The notes under the pieces are model-generated. The model had not been told where the DNA came from, ran no database searches, and saw only the letters and a list, made by a program, of their open reading frames with translations. The translations under genes were made by a program, and so were the position numbers. Source: an uncultured Acidobacteriota bacterium (lineage in GTDB: Bacteria > Acidobacteriota > Vicinamibacteria > Vicinamibacterales > UBA2999). Taken from it: a stretch of 64,000 nt of DNA. The DNA is taken from contig CAVYZF010000001.1 of assembly GCA_963772955.1 (NCBI GenBank), positions 147,860-211,859 on the forward strand, given 5' to 3'. Positions 23,802 through 32,161 of this stretch are shown piece by piece (the stretch's first letter is position 1; every line of letters starts with the position of its first letter).

Positions 23802-25601
23802 ATGACTGACCACCTCCCAGATAAGCCGTCCGATTCCCGCTCGCAGGGCAGTGCTCGCGTGGTCACGGACACCGACCTTCTGTCGACCCTGTTCGACCTC
23901 GGGCGGGAGGTCACCTCGGTGCTCGACCTCGAGGACCTGCTGCAAAAGATTCCTCAACTCATCGCCCGGCTCACGCAGTTCAGCGCCTTCTCCGTCTATC
24001 TCCTCGACGAAAAGCGGCAAGAGCTCAGGATCGCGTATGCGGTCGGGTATCCCGATGACGGCTCGACGATACGTATGAACGTCGGCCAGGGCGTCGTGGG
24101 TGCGGCTGTCCAGGAGGGGCGGCCGATTCTCGTCAACGACATCCGTCGCGAGCCGCGTTACAGAGGGCCGCTCCGAAACATGCTGTCGCAGCTTGCGGTT
24201 CCGCTGCGGCGCAAGGGCAAGGTCATCGGTGCGCTGAATCTGCTGAACGAGGCCGAAGGCGCGTTCACTCCACAGCACGAGGCGCTGCTGCGGCAGTTTG
24301 CGGCGCACGTCGCCGTCGCGATCGAGAACGCGAGACTCTTCAAGTCCGAAAGGCACTACGTCGATACACTCGAAACGCTGGCCGAGATCGGCCGCGAGAT
24401 GTCGTCTATCCTCGACCTCGATGCGTTGCTCACCCGCATCGCGAGCCTGACCAAGCGCCTGATCGACTACCGCACGTTTGGTATTTTGCTCCTCGACGAG
24501 GACACGCAACAGCTCGAGATGAAGCTGGCCGTACGGTATGGCAAGGGCGCAGAGTCGAAGAACTTCAGGCTCGGCGAGGGGCTCGTGGGATGGGCGGCGC
24601 TGCACAAGGAACCGGTGCTCGTCTCCGACGTCTCGCAGGATCCGCGCTACATCAATCTCGTTGCCGATGCGCGCTCGGAGCTCGTGATTCCGATGCTCAT
24701 CAAGGATCGGTGCATCGGTGTGTTCGATCTGGAGAGTCCGGAGCTCGACGCCTTCAGCAAGGAGCATCAAGAGTTGCTGACGCTTCTCGCGAGCCAGGCT
24801 GCCGTCGCGATTGACAACGCGCGCCTCTACGAAGAGGTCAGTCGCAACGAAGAGCGCATCGAAAAGGAACTACGATTCGCGCGTCGCGTACAGCTCGCGC
24901 TCCTCCCGACCGAACCGCCGAAGAGCGTTCGCGACGCCGACGTTGCTGCGCGATTCGAGTCGGCGTACGAGTTGGGAGGAGACCTCCACGACTTCCTCGT
25001 GCCGGACGCCGAGGCACTCGTCGTCGCGGTCGGCGACGTCTCAGGAAAAGGCGCGCCTGCGGCGCTCTATGGAGCGTACGCCGCCGAACTCGTGCGTTCG
25101 CGGACATTGCGAAGACGATTCACGCCGGACCGATTCAGTGTCTCCGGGGTGCTTCAGGCGATGAACACGACGCTGCACGAGCGGCAGCTCGAGGCGTACT
25201 ACTGCACGCTCTGCTACGCGTTCTTCGACTTTCGGCGCCGCCTCGTCACGCTATCCAATTCGGGACTTCCGTACCCGATTCATTGCTCATCGACGTCATG
25301 CGGGCAGATCGAGTTGCCAGGCGTTCCTCTCGGATCGTTCCCCGGTGTCAGCTACGACGAGGTCAGCCTCGAGTTGAAGAAGGACGATGTGTTCGTGTTC
25401 TGCACGGACGGCATTTTCGAAGCGCTGAACGAGGAAGGCATCGAGTTCGGCGCGACTCGCCTGGCGGATGTCGTCCACCGCCAACGCGATGGCTCGGCGC
25501 GAGCGATCGTCGACGCGATTTTCGAGACCGTGACGGAGTTTCGTGGCACACGACCTCAGGGTGATGACATGACGGCAGTAGCCGTCAAGATCACTGCCTG
25601 A
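23802..25601 (+). CDS. GAF-GAF-PP2C (SpoIIE/RsbU-type) serine phosphatase
   Basis: Two GAF-like repeats (...GQGVVGAAVQEGRPILVNDI...; ...GEGLVGWAALHKEPVLVSDV...). PP2C motifs are GGDLHDF, VAVGDVSGKGAPAAL, TDGIFEA and DDMTAVAVKI. Confidence 0.85.
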   Translation: MTDHLPDKPSDSRSQGSARVVTDTDLLSTLFDLGREVTSVLDLEDLLQKIPQLIARLTQFSAFSVYLLDEKRQELRIAYAVGYPDDGSTIRMNVGQGVVGAAVQEGRPILVNDIRREPRYRGPLRNMLSQLAVPLRRKGKVIGALNLLNEAEGAFTPQHEALLRQFAAHVAVAIENARLFKSERHYVDTLETLAEIGREMSSILDLDALLTRIASLTKRLIDYRTFGILLLDEDTQQLEMKLAVRYGKGAESKNFRLGEGLVGWAALHKEPVLVSDVSQDPRYINLVADARSELVIPMLIKDRCIGVFDLESPELDAFSKEHQELLTLLASQAAVAIDNARLYEEVSRNEERIEKELRFARRVQLALLPTEPPKSVRDADVAARFESAYELGGDLHDFLVPDAEALVVAVGDVSGKGAPAALYGAYAAELVRSRTLRRRFTPDRFSVSGVLQAMNTTLHERQLEAYYCTLCYAFFDFRRRLVTLSNSGLPYPIHCSSTSCGQIELPGVPLGSFPGVSYDEVSLELKKDDVFVFCTDGIFEALNEEGIEFGATRLADVVHRQRDGSARAIVDAIFETVTEFRGTRPQGDDMTAVAVKITA

Positions 25602-25817
25602 ACCTGGAAAGGCAGAGAAGTTAGGTCGCGCTCGGATCGTGATGTGAGTCAGGGGCCGGAGTACGGCGATGCCAGCGCCTGCCTGAAAATTACGTACCCC
25701 GGTGATCCGGCGCGACCCGCCGGACACATCTTCAAGATGCGTGCCCCTTGAGCGACACGCATATTCAGGCCGAAAATCGATCCCTCACAAGACCGGCGTC
25801 ACCTGCCGGAGTCGGCT

Positions 25818-27155
25818 TCAGTACGTGTTGAGGTAACGCTCGACCTCCCAGGGCGACACATGACGCATGTAGTCGCTCCATTCCTCGCGCTTGGCGGCGA
25901 TGAAGTGGTTGAAGATGTGCTCACCCAGCGTCTCTCGCATCAGGGCACTCTTCTCCAAGTCGTCGAGCGCCTCGCTCAGGTTCGACGGCAGTTCGTCGAT
26001 GCGAAGATGCCGGCGCTCACGGTGGCTCATCTTGTAGATGTTCTTGTTGACCGGAGGGCCAGGGTCGCTCTGTTGATCGATGCCATCAAGTCCCGCTCGA
26101 AGCATCACGGCAAATGCCAGGTACGGATTGCAGGACGGATCGGGCATGCGGAGCTCGATCCTCGTCGTGGGCCCGCGGCCGGCCGGTACGCGCACGAGCG
26201 GACTGCGATTCCGCGTCGACCATGCGATCGCGGTCGGCGCTTCATATCCAGGGACGAGGCGCTTGTACGAGTTCACCAGGGGGTTGGTGATCGCGCAGAA
26301 AGACTTCGCGTGACGCAGAAGGCCGCCGATGTAGTGAAGGCAGGTGCGGCTGAGTTCGCCCTCGCCCTGCTCATCGAAAAACACATTGCGGCCACGCGCG
26401 AAGAGCGACTGGTGCGTGTGCATCCCCGACCCGTTGACGCCAAGCACGGGCTTGGGCATGAACGTCGCGTGCAGGCCGTTGCGGTTGGCGACGTTTTTCA
26501 CGACAAAGCGGAACGTGCTCACGTTGTCCGCCGTAATCAGCGCATCGTCATACCGGAAGTCGATTTCGTGCTGCCCGGGAGCGACCTCGTGGTGCGCCGC
26601 CTCGACGTGAAAGCCCATTTGTTCGAGAGCGAGGACGATCTCCCGGCGAACGTCTTCACCCAGGTCGACGGGGGTCAGATCGAAGTATCCGCCCGAGTCG
26701 TGAGTCTCAGTCGTAGGCTCGCCGGTGGGGCGTCGCTGGAAGAGGAAGAACTCCGCTTCGGGGCCGGCCTTCATCGTGAAGCCCTTGTCAGCCGCCAGGC
26801 CGATGACTCGTTTCAGCAGCGACCTGGGACATCCAGAAAACGGCGTGCCGTCGGGATTGGCAATGTCGCAGATGATGCGGGCGACTCTCTCCGAGCCTCC
26901 GTAACTCCAGGGAAAGACCTGAAATGTCTGCAGATCTGGTTTGAGGAACATGTCGGACTCTTCGATGCGCACGAAGCCTTCAATCGAAGACCCGTCGAAC
27001 ATGATCCGCCCGTTGAGGGCCTCTTCGAACTGGCGATCCGGAACCTCGACGTTCTTGATGACTCCCAGAATGTCAGTGAACTGGAGGCGCATGAACTTGA
27101 CCTTTTCCCGCGCGACTCGCTCGAGAATGCGGGTCTTGAGGTCGTCTTTGGCCAT
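25818..27155 (-). CDS. glnA: Glutamine synthetase, type I
   Basis: N-terminal VKFMRLQFTDILG and catalytic-region motifs (FFLF..., NGSGMHTHQSLF, NSYKRLVPGYEAP, RIELRMPD.SCNPYLA). 445 aa, full length. Confidence 0.92.
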   Translation of the reverse strand: MAKDDLKTRILERVAREKVKFMRLQFTDILGVIKNVEVPDRQFEEALNGRIMFDGSSIEGFVRIEESDMFLKPDLQTFQVFPWSYGGSERVARIICDIANPDGTPFSGCPRSLLKRVIGLAADKGFTMKAGPEAEFFLFQRRPTGEPTTETHDSGGYFDLTPVDLGEDVRREIVLALEQMGFHVEAAHHEVAPGQHEIDFRYDDALITADNVSTFRFVVKNVANRNGLHATFMPKPVLGVNGSGMHTHQSLFARGRNVFFDEQGEGELSRTCLHYIGGLLRHAKSFCAITNPLVNSYKRLVPGYEAPTAIAWSTRNRSPLVRVPAGRGPTTRIELRMPDPSCNPYLAFAVMLRAGLDGIDQQSDPGPPVNKNIYKMSHRERRHLRIDELPSNLSEALDDLEKSALMRETLGEHIFNHFIAAKREEWSDYMRHVSPWEVERYLNTY

Positions 27156-27243
27156 GGGCGTTGATTATGCCAACTTTCGACGGGTGGGGGCCGTCTGATA
27201 GCTGGAACCGGTCTCAAGTTGCCAGACCGGAGAGGGTTCAACC

Positions 27244-28065
27244 ATGAGAAAGGCTATCTTCGCAGGCGGGATTCTCGCCGTACTCGTGGCGGTCATGGTG
27301 ATCAGCCAGACTCGCACTGCCGCGCAAAACCAGAACAGGCTCGCGATTCAGGGAGATGTCCTGAGCCTCATTGGTCCCGGATCGTCGATAGGGATCACTG
27401 TGCGAGACTCCGAGACAGGTGTCGTCGTGCAGAGCGTGAGAGCCGACACGCCCGCATCGCGCGCAGGTGTGAAGGAAGGCGACATCGTCACGCAATTCGA
27501 TGGAGAGCGGGCAAGGAGCGCCGCTCAATTTACTCGCCTCGTCCGCGAGACGGCCCCCGGACGAATGGTGAAAATGACCCTCCTCCGGAACGGCGCGTCG
27601 ACGACGCTGGATATCTCGCCGGAGAATCGGGGTTCGGACGGCGTCCAGTTCCCCGACATTGCTCGTGACTTTCAGCACCGACTCGAAGTGCTGCCGCGCG
27701 ACTTCAACTTTGAGTTCGCCGATCCCGGGTTCCCGTTTTCCTCACCGCGCCGACTGGGTGTGACCGTCACACCGCTCAGCGAGCAGCTGGCAGACTACTT
27801 CGGCGTGAAGCAGGGTGTGCTGGTGACCGAGGTGACAGCGGGATCAGTGGCCGAAGCGGCGGGGATCAAGGCAGGGGACGTGATTACCACGGTCAGAGGT
27901 CAGACCATTGCGTCATCCGCCGACGTGGTGAGAGAACTGGGCGAGGCCGACTCCGGTACAAGTGTTGAAATCCGAGTGACGCGCAATCACAAGGAAGTCA
28001 CGGTGACCGCGAAGATGCCGGAGCGCACGCGTGCGTATGCTCGTCGCGGTGCGCGAGCGATCTGA
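27244..28065 (+). CDS. Secreted protein with two PDZ domains
   Basis: Signal peptide (ILAVLVAVMVISQTRTAAQ). Two PDZ-like segments: GVVVQSVRADTPASRAGVKEGDIVTQFDGE and GVLVTEVTAGSVAEAAGIKAGDVITTVRGQ. No protease domain. Confidence 0.7.
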   Translation: MRKAIFAGGILAVLVAVMVISQTRTAAQNQNRLAIQGDVLSLIGPGSSIGITVRDSETGVVVQSVRADTPASRAGVKEGDIVTQFDGERARSAAQFTRLVRETAPGRMVKMTLLRNGASTTLDISPENRGSDGVQFPDIARDFQHRLEVLPRDFNFEFADPGFPFSSPRRLGVTVTPLSEQLADYFGVKQGVLVTEVTAGSVAEAAGIKAGDVITTVRGQTIASSADVVRELGEADSGTSVEIRVTRNHKEVTVTAKMPERTRAYARRGARAI

Positions 28066-28066
28066 C

Positions 28067-29236
28067 TCAAGAAGACGCGGCTCGCTCGAACGGAACAAGC
28101 TCGGCCGGTGGCATCGAGCTGCCGGCCGGCCAGCCCCCGAGAACCGTCGAGAGTTGAGCGGCGAGGAGTGTCGCCGCAGCTTGCGTGGGTACGTCCGCTT
28201 CACAGCCCGGCGCGACCTCGATAGCGAGCACACCAACACATCGTTCGACGCCAAGCAGCGGCGCGACGAGCGCCGAACACGATCCGTGTCCGCCTGCAAC
28301 GGACTGAAGCAGTCCGGTTCGCCAGGCGTCAGCGACGGCGTTCAAAGATGAAATTCCGATCGGGCCGAGCTGACTCAGTTGCTTCGAGTCGTAGCCGTGC
28401 CAGGCAACAGGAAACATCTCCTCACCCGCGGCCATCCAGACCACGACGCCCGATGCCTTGAGGAGCCTGGATGTGCGCCCGAGCAGTGGCTGCAGGTCGG
28501 ACTCGGACCGGAGACGACTGATCGCGGTGCACAACGCCGCTGTCTCGGTTAAATCAATCGAAAGCACCGGATCGGGTCTGGGCGCGACGTCGAGCGATAC
28601 ACGTTCGGACGCGGGCGCCAAAGGAGACGGGTCCATCAAGGGCTGCGCTGCCGGGCGACGAGCTGATCGAACCAGTGCCCACGCAAACAGGATCGCGATG
28701 CTGGCGAGCACCATCCACGCCTGCTTCAGGTCAGTCGCTCTCGCGGCAACGACTGCGTTCGACTCAGCGACTCGCAAAGCGCGAAGCTGTTCGCGCAGAG
28801 TCTGGCGAGTGCGGGTCGTCTCGGTGAAGAGCAGATCGGCGGCCATGAGGTCGAGGCCTGCGCGGATGTTTTCCCGCGCGCGTCCGTCGACATCTCCAAG
28901 CGAGGCGACGGCTTCGGCTACTGCGCCGGCCGAGGGAGCGGCACCTGCGACAAGTCCTCCAAACAGCCAGGCACTCTCAGAGATGATCTGTCGTGTCACG
29001 TTACTCGTCGAGGTCAGCGCCTCCTTGTCGATTTGACCGGAGGCCACGTAGACCAGTTCATCGTGCGCGAGTTCGTCGAGCGCAGCCTCCACTCGATCGA
29101 TGCGAGAGGCTGTTTGCTTACCCGCGGTTTCGATCTGGTCGACGTGCTGGGCCAAGGCCCACGTCAATGCCACACTGCCCAGGCCGGCAGCGACGAGGAT
29201 CGTTGGAAGAAGCAGGCGGAGGATCCACGCCTTCAT
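28067..29236 (-). CDS. Membrane protein with long helical/coiled region and C-terminal GAF-like domain
   Basis: N-terminal TM segment (ILRLLLPTILVAAGLGSVAL), a second TM (WMVLASIAILFAWALV), and a C-terminal GAF-like sequence (ASGVVVWMAAGEEMFPVAWHGY...CVGVLAIEVA). The stop is 1 nt from the stop of the convergent PDZ gene. Confidence 0.35.
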   Translation of the reverse strand: MKAWILRLLLPTILVAAGLGSVALTWALAQHVDQIETAGKQTASRIDRVEAALDELAHDELVYVASGQIDKEALTSTSNVTRQIISESAWLFGGLVAGAAPSAGAVAEAVASLGDVDGRARENIRAGLDLMAADLLFTETTRTRQTLREQLRALRVAESNAVVAARATDLKQAWMVLASIAILFAWALVRSARRPAAQPLMDPSPLAPASERVSLDVAPRPDPVLSIDLTETAALCTAISRLRSESDLQPLLGRTSRLLKASGVVVWMAAGEEMFPVAWHGYDSKQLSQLGPIGISSLNAVADAWRTGLLQSVAGGHGSCSALVAPLLGVERCVGVLAIEVAPGCEADVPTQAAATLLAAQLSTVLGGWPAGSSMPPAELVPFERAASS

Positions 29237-29263
29237 GTGATCCCTGACAGGATACCAAAGGAA

Positions 29264-30322
29264 TCAAAATTCGATATGGGTCTGGAGGAGAATTCGATTC
29301 TCGTCGGCTCTTCCGTCGCCGTCGTCGTAGTTCACTTGCTCGTTTGTCGCGACGAGTCCCAGGCGTGCGCGATTCCACGCAAGCCAGTACGCAATGCCAC
29401 CGATCACACGCGTGTGCGAATTGTCCGTGAGGTCGTCGTTGGGATCGTAGGACTCGAAACGAAGGATCCCAGCCCATCCAACCGTGCCCTGGCGCGGCTC
29501 GATGAAGGCCGACCATCCCGATCGCAGAATGTCACCAGGTGGCAGGGTGGTCAGTGGGCTCTCCGTGGCATGGACGCCCTCGACCGTCGCGATCAGATGA
29601 GGATGCTCGTAGTGCGCCATCACGATGCCGACGTCGCGAGGTCTGTCCTCGGCGTACCACCCCTTGCTGTAGAAGCCGGAGAGACGGAAGTAGTTAGCCA
29701 GCCCTCGCCCGGGTAGCGGCCGGATCGTCAGTCGGCCCTGAAGGCTCTTGTACTTGTTGGCTTCGGCCTGGGTGAACCCCTCACCGTTGTAGACACCGAC
29801 GTGGAACTCTCCGTAGTTCTTTGGCAGCGGCGAAAAGTACCCCGCGCCAAAGTCCGCCGAGCCCGGAATCAGCCCCTCACGCTCGGAGAACATCGTCCCC
29901 TGGACCCGATAGCGATTCACCGACTCCTCGAAGTCGAGCCAGGGGGTCTGCGACAGGCCAAATCGAACCCACGACCCCTGCTTCATTACGTTATCCATTT
30001 GCAGGAAACCGTACTTGACCCGGACGGTCAACGATCCAGCGAGGCTCCCGTCAGTGACGCGCCGGATGTCGGGCGTGAACCGGAAACGGAACCGGTCGGA
30101 CAGCTGGCCGTTGATGTTCAGGTAGGCCCGCGTCATGTCGAACGAGTTGTAACCGTCGCGATTCTCGAGCTCCGACGAGTACTGCAGGTACGACAGGACG
30201 CCGACCCTGACAATTGGATATTCCGGAGGCGGTGCCGGTGCTGGTGGCGGGGCTGGCGTCTGTGCGGTTGCAGAAGTCGCGATGGTGGCGAGAAAACTGG
30301 CCAGAAACAGTCGCTTCATCAT
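29264..30322 (-). CDS. Outer-membrane beta-barrel porin-like protein
   Basis: Signal peptide MMKRLFLASFLATIATSATAQ, an alternating hydrophobic/aromatic beta-strand pattern throughout, and a C-terminal aromatic residue (LLQTHIEF) typical of an OMP beta-signal. Confidence 0.55.
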   Translation of the reverse strand: MMKRLFLASFLATIATSATAQTPAPPPAPAPPPEYPIVRVGVLSYLQYSSELENRDGYNSFDMTRAYLNINGQLSDRFRFRFTPDIRRVTDGSLAGSLTVRVKYGFLQMDNVMKQGSWVRFGLSQTPWLDFEESVNRYRVQGTMFSEREGLIPGSADFGAGYFSPLPKNYGEFHVGVYNGEGFTQAEANKYKSLQGRLTIRPLPGRGLANYFRLSGFYSKGWYAEDRPRDVGIVMAHYEHPHLIATVEGVHATESPLTTLPPGDILRSGWSAFIEPRQGTVGWAGILRFESYDPNDDLTDNSHTRVIGGIAYWLAWNRARLGLVATNEQVNYDDGDGRADENRILLQTHIEF

Positions 30323-30355
30323 GTGTCGTTACTTTTACGACACACAGATTTCACG

Positions 30356-30387
30356 AACGTCACATTGACGTTACGTCTACGTTACGT
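30356..30387 (-). promoter_or_regulatory. Candidate operator cluster upstream of the porin gene: 17-bp palindrome plus two 9-bp direct repeats at 11-bp spacing
   Basis: AACGTCA-CAT-TGACGTT (30356-30372) overlaps the direct repeats ACGTTACGT (30368-30376 and 30379-30387). All lie in the 88-bp spacer between the dsbD stop (30411) and the porin start (30322). Confidence 0.4.
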
Positions 30388-30410
30388 GCCTAGAGCGGCG
30401 AAACTCGAGG

Positions 30411-32159
30411 TTAGCGAGAGGGAACAGCGCCGCTGGGTGTCGTCTTGGGATGGAGGATCACGTAAGTGGGTAAGCCCACTGCGTCGAAACGAGCCATGAT
30501 CGAGCGGGCCGGTTCTTCGTCAGGTTGCTCGGCCTGGAGCTTGACCTTGACGTATCCGTCGAGCGCGGTCTTCACGCTCGCGTCTGCGAGTGTCGTCTCA
30601 TCCATCACGAGGCAGTTCTTGCACCACGTGGCCCACATGTCGACGAGCACTGGTTTCTGCTCCCGCTGCGCGACGGCGAGGCCCTCGGCGAGGGATGAAT
30701 GCCAGCCAGCCTTGAGTTTCTCCTCGACGCTCGCAGCGACCTGTTTGGCATCGACCCAGCGATCGGCGAACAGCCCGTAAGCCAGGTAGCCGTAGTATGC
30801 CGCCGTGGCAAGGATCAAGACTCCGAAGGCCTGCTTCACGCGGACCATCCAGGCACCCGGCTTCGGTAGCGCGGTCAGTCCTGCACCAGCCAGTGGCCAC
30901 GGTATCGCCATTCCGATGCCGAGCAGGAACGGCAGCGACAGTGCGGCGACGGTGCCGCGTGCGTAGAGGTCGCTCGAGAACAGCACCACCTGAATGACGA
31001 CAGGCGCGACGCATGCGCCGGCGAGCAACGCCGCGACCGCGCCCATGGCGAATGCGACAGGAACGCTGCCGCGCTTCGATGGGTCAGTACCTATCGAGCC
31101 TGAAAATCGCGAGAGGTCGATCTCGAAGACGTCGAACATCGCCAGGGCAAGCGCGACGAAGATCACCGCGATCCCAACGTTGAACCACGGCGAGGCGTTG
31201 ATCGTGCCGAACGTCCCGGCAGTCATGATGACGACGACGCCAAGCACGCCGTAGACAAGCGCCATGGCAGCACCGTACACGCCGCCCAGCAGGAACCCCC
31301 TCGAGCGGGATCCACTCCCGGCGCCCGCTCCGATGATCGCGAGATTGATTGGAATCATGGGGAGCACGCACGGCGTGAGATTCAGCGCGAGGCCACCAAC
31401 CAGTACGAGAAGAAGAATCGCAAGGGGGCCGCGGCCTTCGAAGAGTCCCGGCTCTTTCACTCCGGACTCCGCATTGCGAATGAACTTCAGGAAATCGTCG
31501 GTGGCGATGTAGCCGCCCGTACTGCTGGCCACCGTGAACTGATCCAACTGCGAAAGCCCGCCGTCACCAACGTTCACTGGGCGAGCAGGCGCCGCGATGA
31601 CGGGAGCTGCCCCCGGTGCGCGGCCAGTTCCGAACGCGATTTTTCCGAAGACGTCGGGGCTATTTGTTGGACGCTGTGCTGCGTCCTTTGCGACAGTCAA
31701 CGTCCAGAGGACATCGGCCGTGACGGGTGCGTAGCAGAGTCTGTCGTCGCAGGCCTGATAACGGAGGCGTCCCGGCACTTGCAGTTGCCCGGCTGCGACA
31801 CTCGAGGCGATCTCGAGGCCGACGCCAATCGCGAACTCGTGTTCGAACACGAGCAGCGGTTGAGCCTGACCGATTTGATTGAACTCGGTTGCCTGAGGGA
31901 AAACGATCTCGGTGACGTTGACGCCGTCAGGCGCGTCTACCGTGAGCACCGTTGGGATGAGCGTCGGGTCGCGTGGTGCGTCGGACTGAACATGGAACCG
32001 ATCTGGAATTCGAACCTGGAGCGCAGCGCGAACCGGCGCACCTGGTGCAGCATCAGACTCGACCAGTGTTGCGAGATCCGCCTTGACGCCACGAAGCTGC
32101 GCGCCCGCAATCTGCGAAAAGGTCAGCAGCAGCGCAACTGTCGCGACCAGCGCTCGCAC
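30411..32159 (-). CDS. dsbD: Thiol:disulfide interchange protein DsbD (N-terminal DsbD-alpha, CcdA-like membrane core, C-terminal thioredoxin)
   Basis: Signal peptide after GTG 32159 (VRALVATVALLLTFSQIAGAQ). Membrane-core motif LTPCVLPMIPI and thioredoxin motif WATWCKNC. The track ORF extends to 32648, but that part overlaps the upstream nuoG-like gene and is Arg/Gly-rich junk. Confidence 0.85.
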   Translation of the reverse strand: MRALVATVALLLTFSQIAGAQLRGVKADLATLVESDAAPGAPVRAALQVRIPDRFHVQSDAPRDPTLIPTVLTVDAPDGVNVTEIVFPQATEFNQIGQAQPLLVFEHEFAIGVGLEIASSVAAGQLQVPGRLRYQACDDRLCYAPVTADVLWTLTVAKDAAQRPTNSPDVFGKIAFGTGRAPGAAPVIAAPARPVNVGDGGLSQLDQFTVASSTGGYIATDDFLKFIRNAESGVKEPGLFEGRGPLAILLLVLVGGLALNLTPCVLPMIPINLAIIGAGAGSGSRSRGFLLGGVYGAAMALVYGVLGVVVIMTAGTFGTINASPWFNVGIAVIFVALALAMFDVFEIDLSRFSGSIGTDPSKRGSVPVAFAMGAVAALLAGACVAPVVIQVVLFSSDLYARGTVAALSLPFLLGIGMAIPWPLAGAGLTALPKPGAWMVRVKQAFGVLILATAAYYGYLAYGLFADRWVDAKQVAASVEEKLKAGWHSSLAEGLAVAQREQKPVLVDMWATWCKNCLVMDETTLADASVKTALDGYVKVKLQAEQPDEEPARSIMARFDAVGLPTYVILHPKTTPSGAVPSR

Positions 32160-32161
32160 GG

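Noticed and set aside
22601-23809. 402-aa plus-strand ORF spanning the GGDEF gene and fabZ
   Set aside because: It is out of frame with, or antisense to, two well-supported genes. Its extremely Arg/Ala-rich composition marks it as a shadow ORF.
25860-27164. 434-aa ORF on the plus strand
   Set aside because: It is exactly antisense to the clearly genuine glnA gene. The translation is Arg/Ala/Val-rich with no recognisable motifs, which is a typical shadow ORF in high-GC DNA.
27158-27172. Sigma-54-like TGGCAT-N5-ACGC on the minus strand upstream of glnA
   Set aside because: The spacing is right, but the -12 element is ACGC rather than TTGC. The GC lies only 3 nt from the glnA ATG, so the predicted start would fall inside the coding region.
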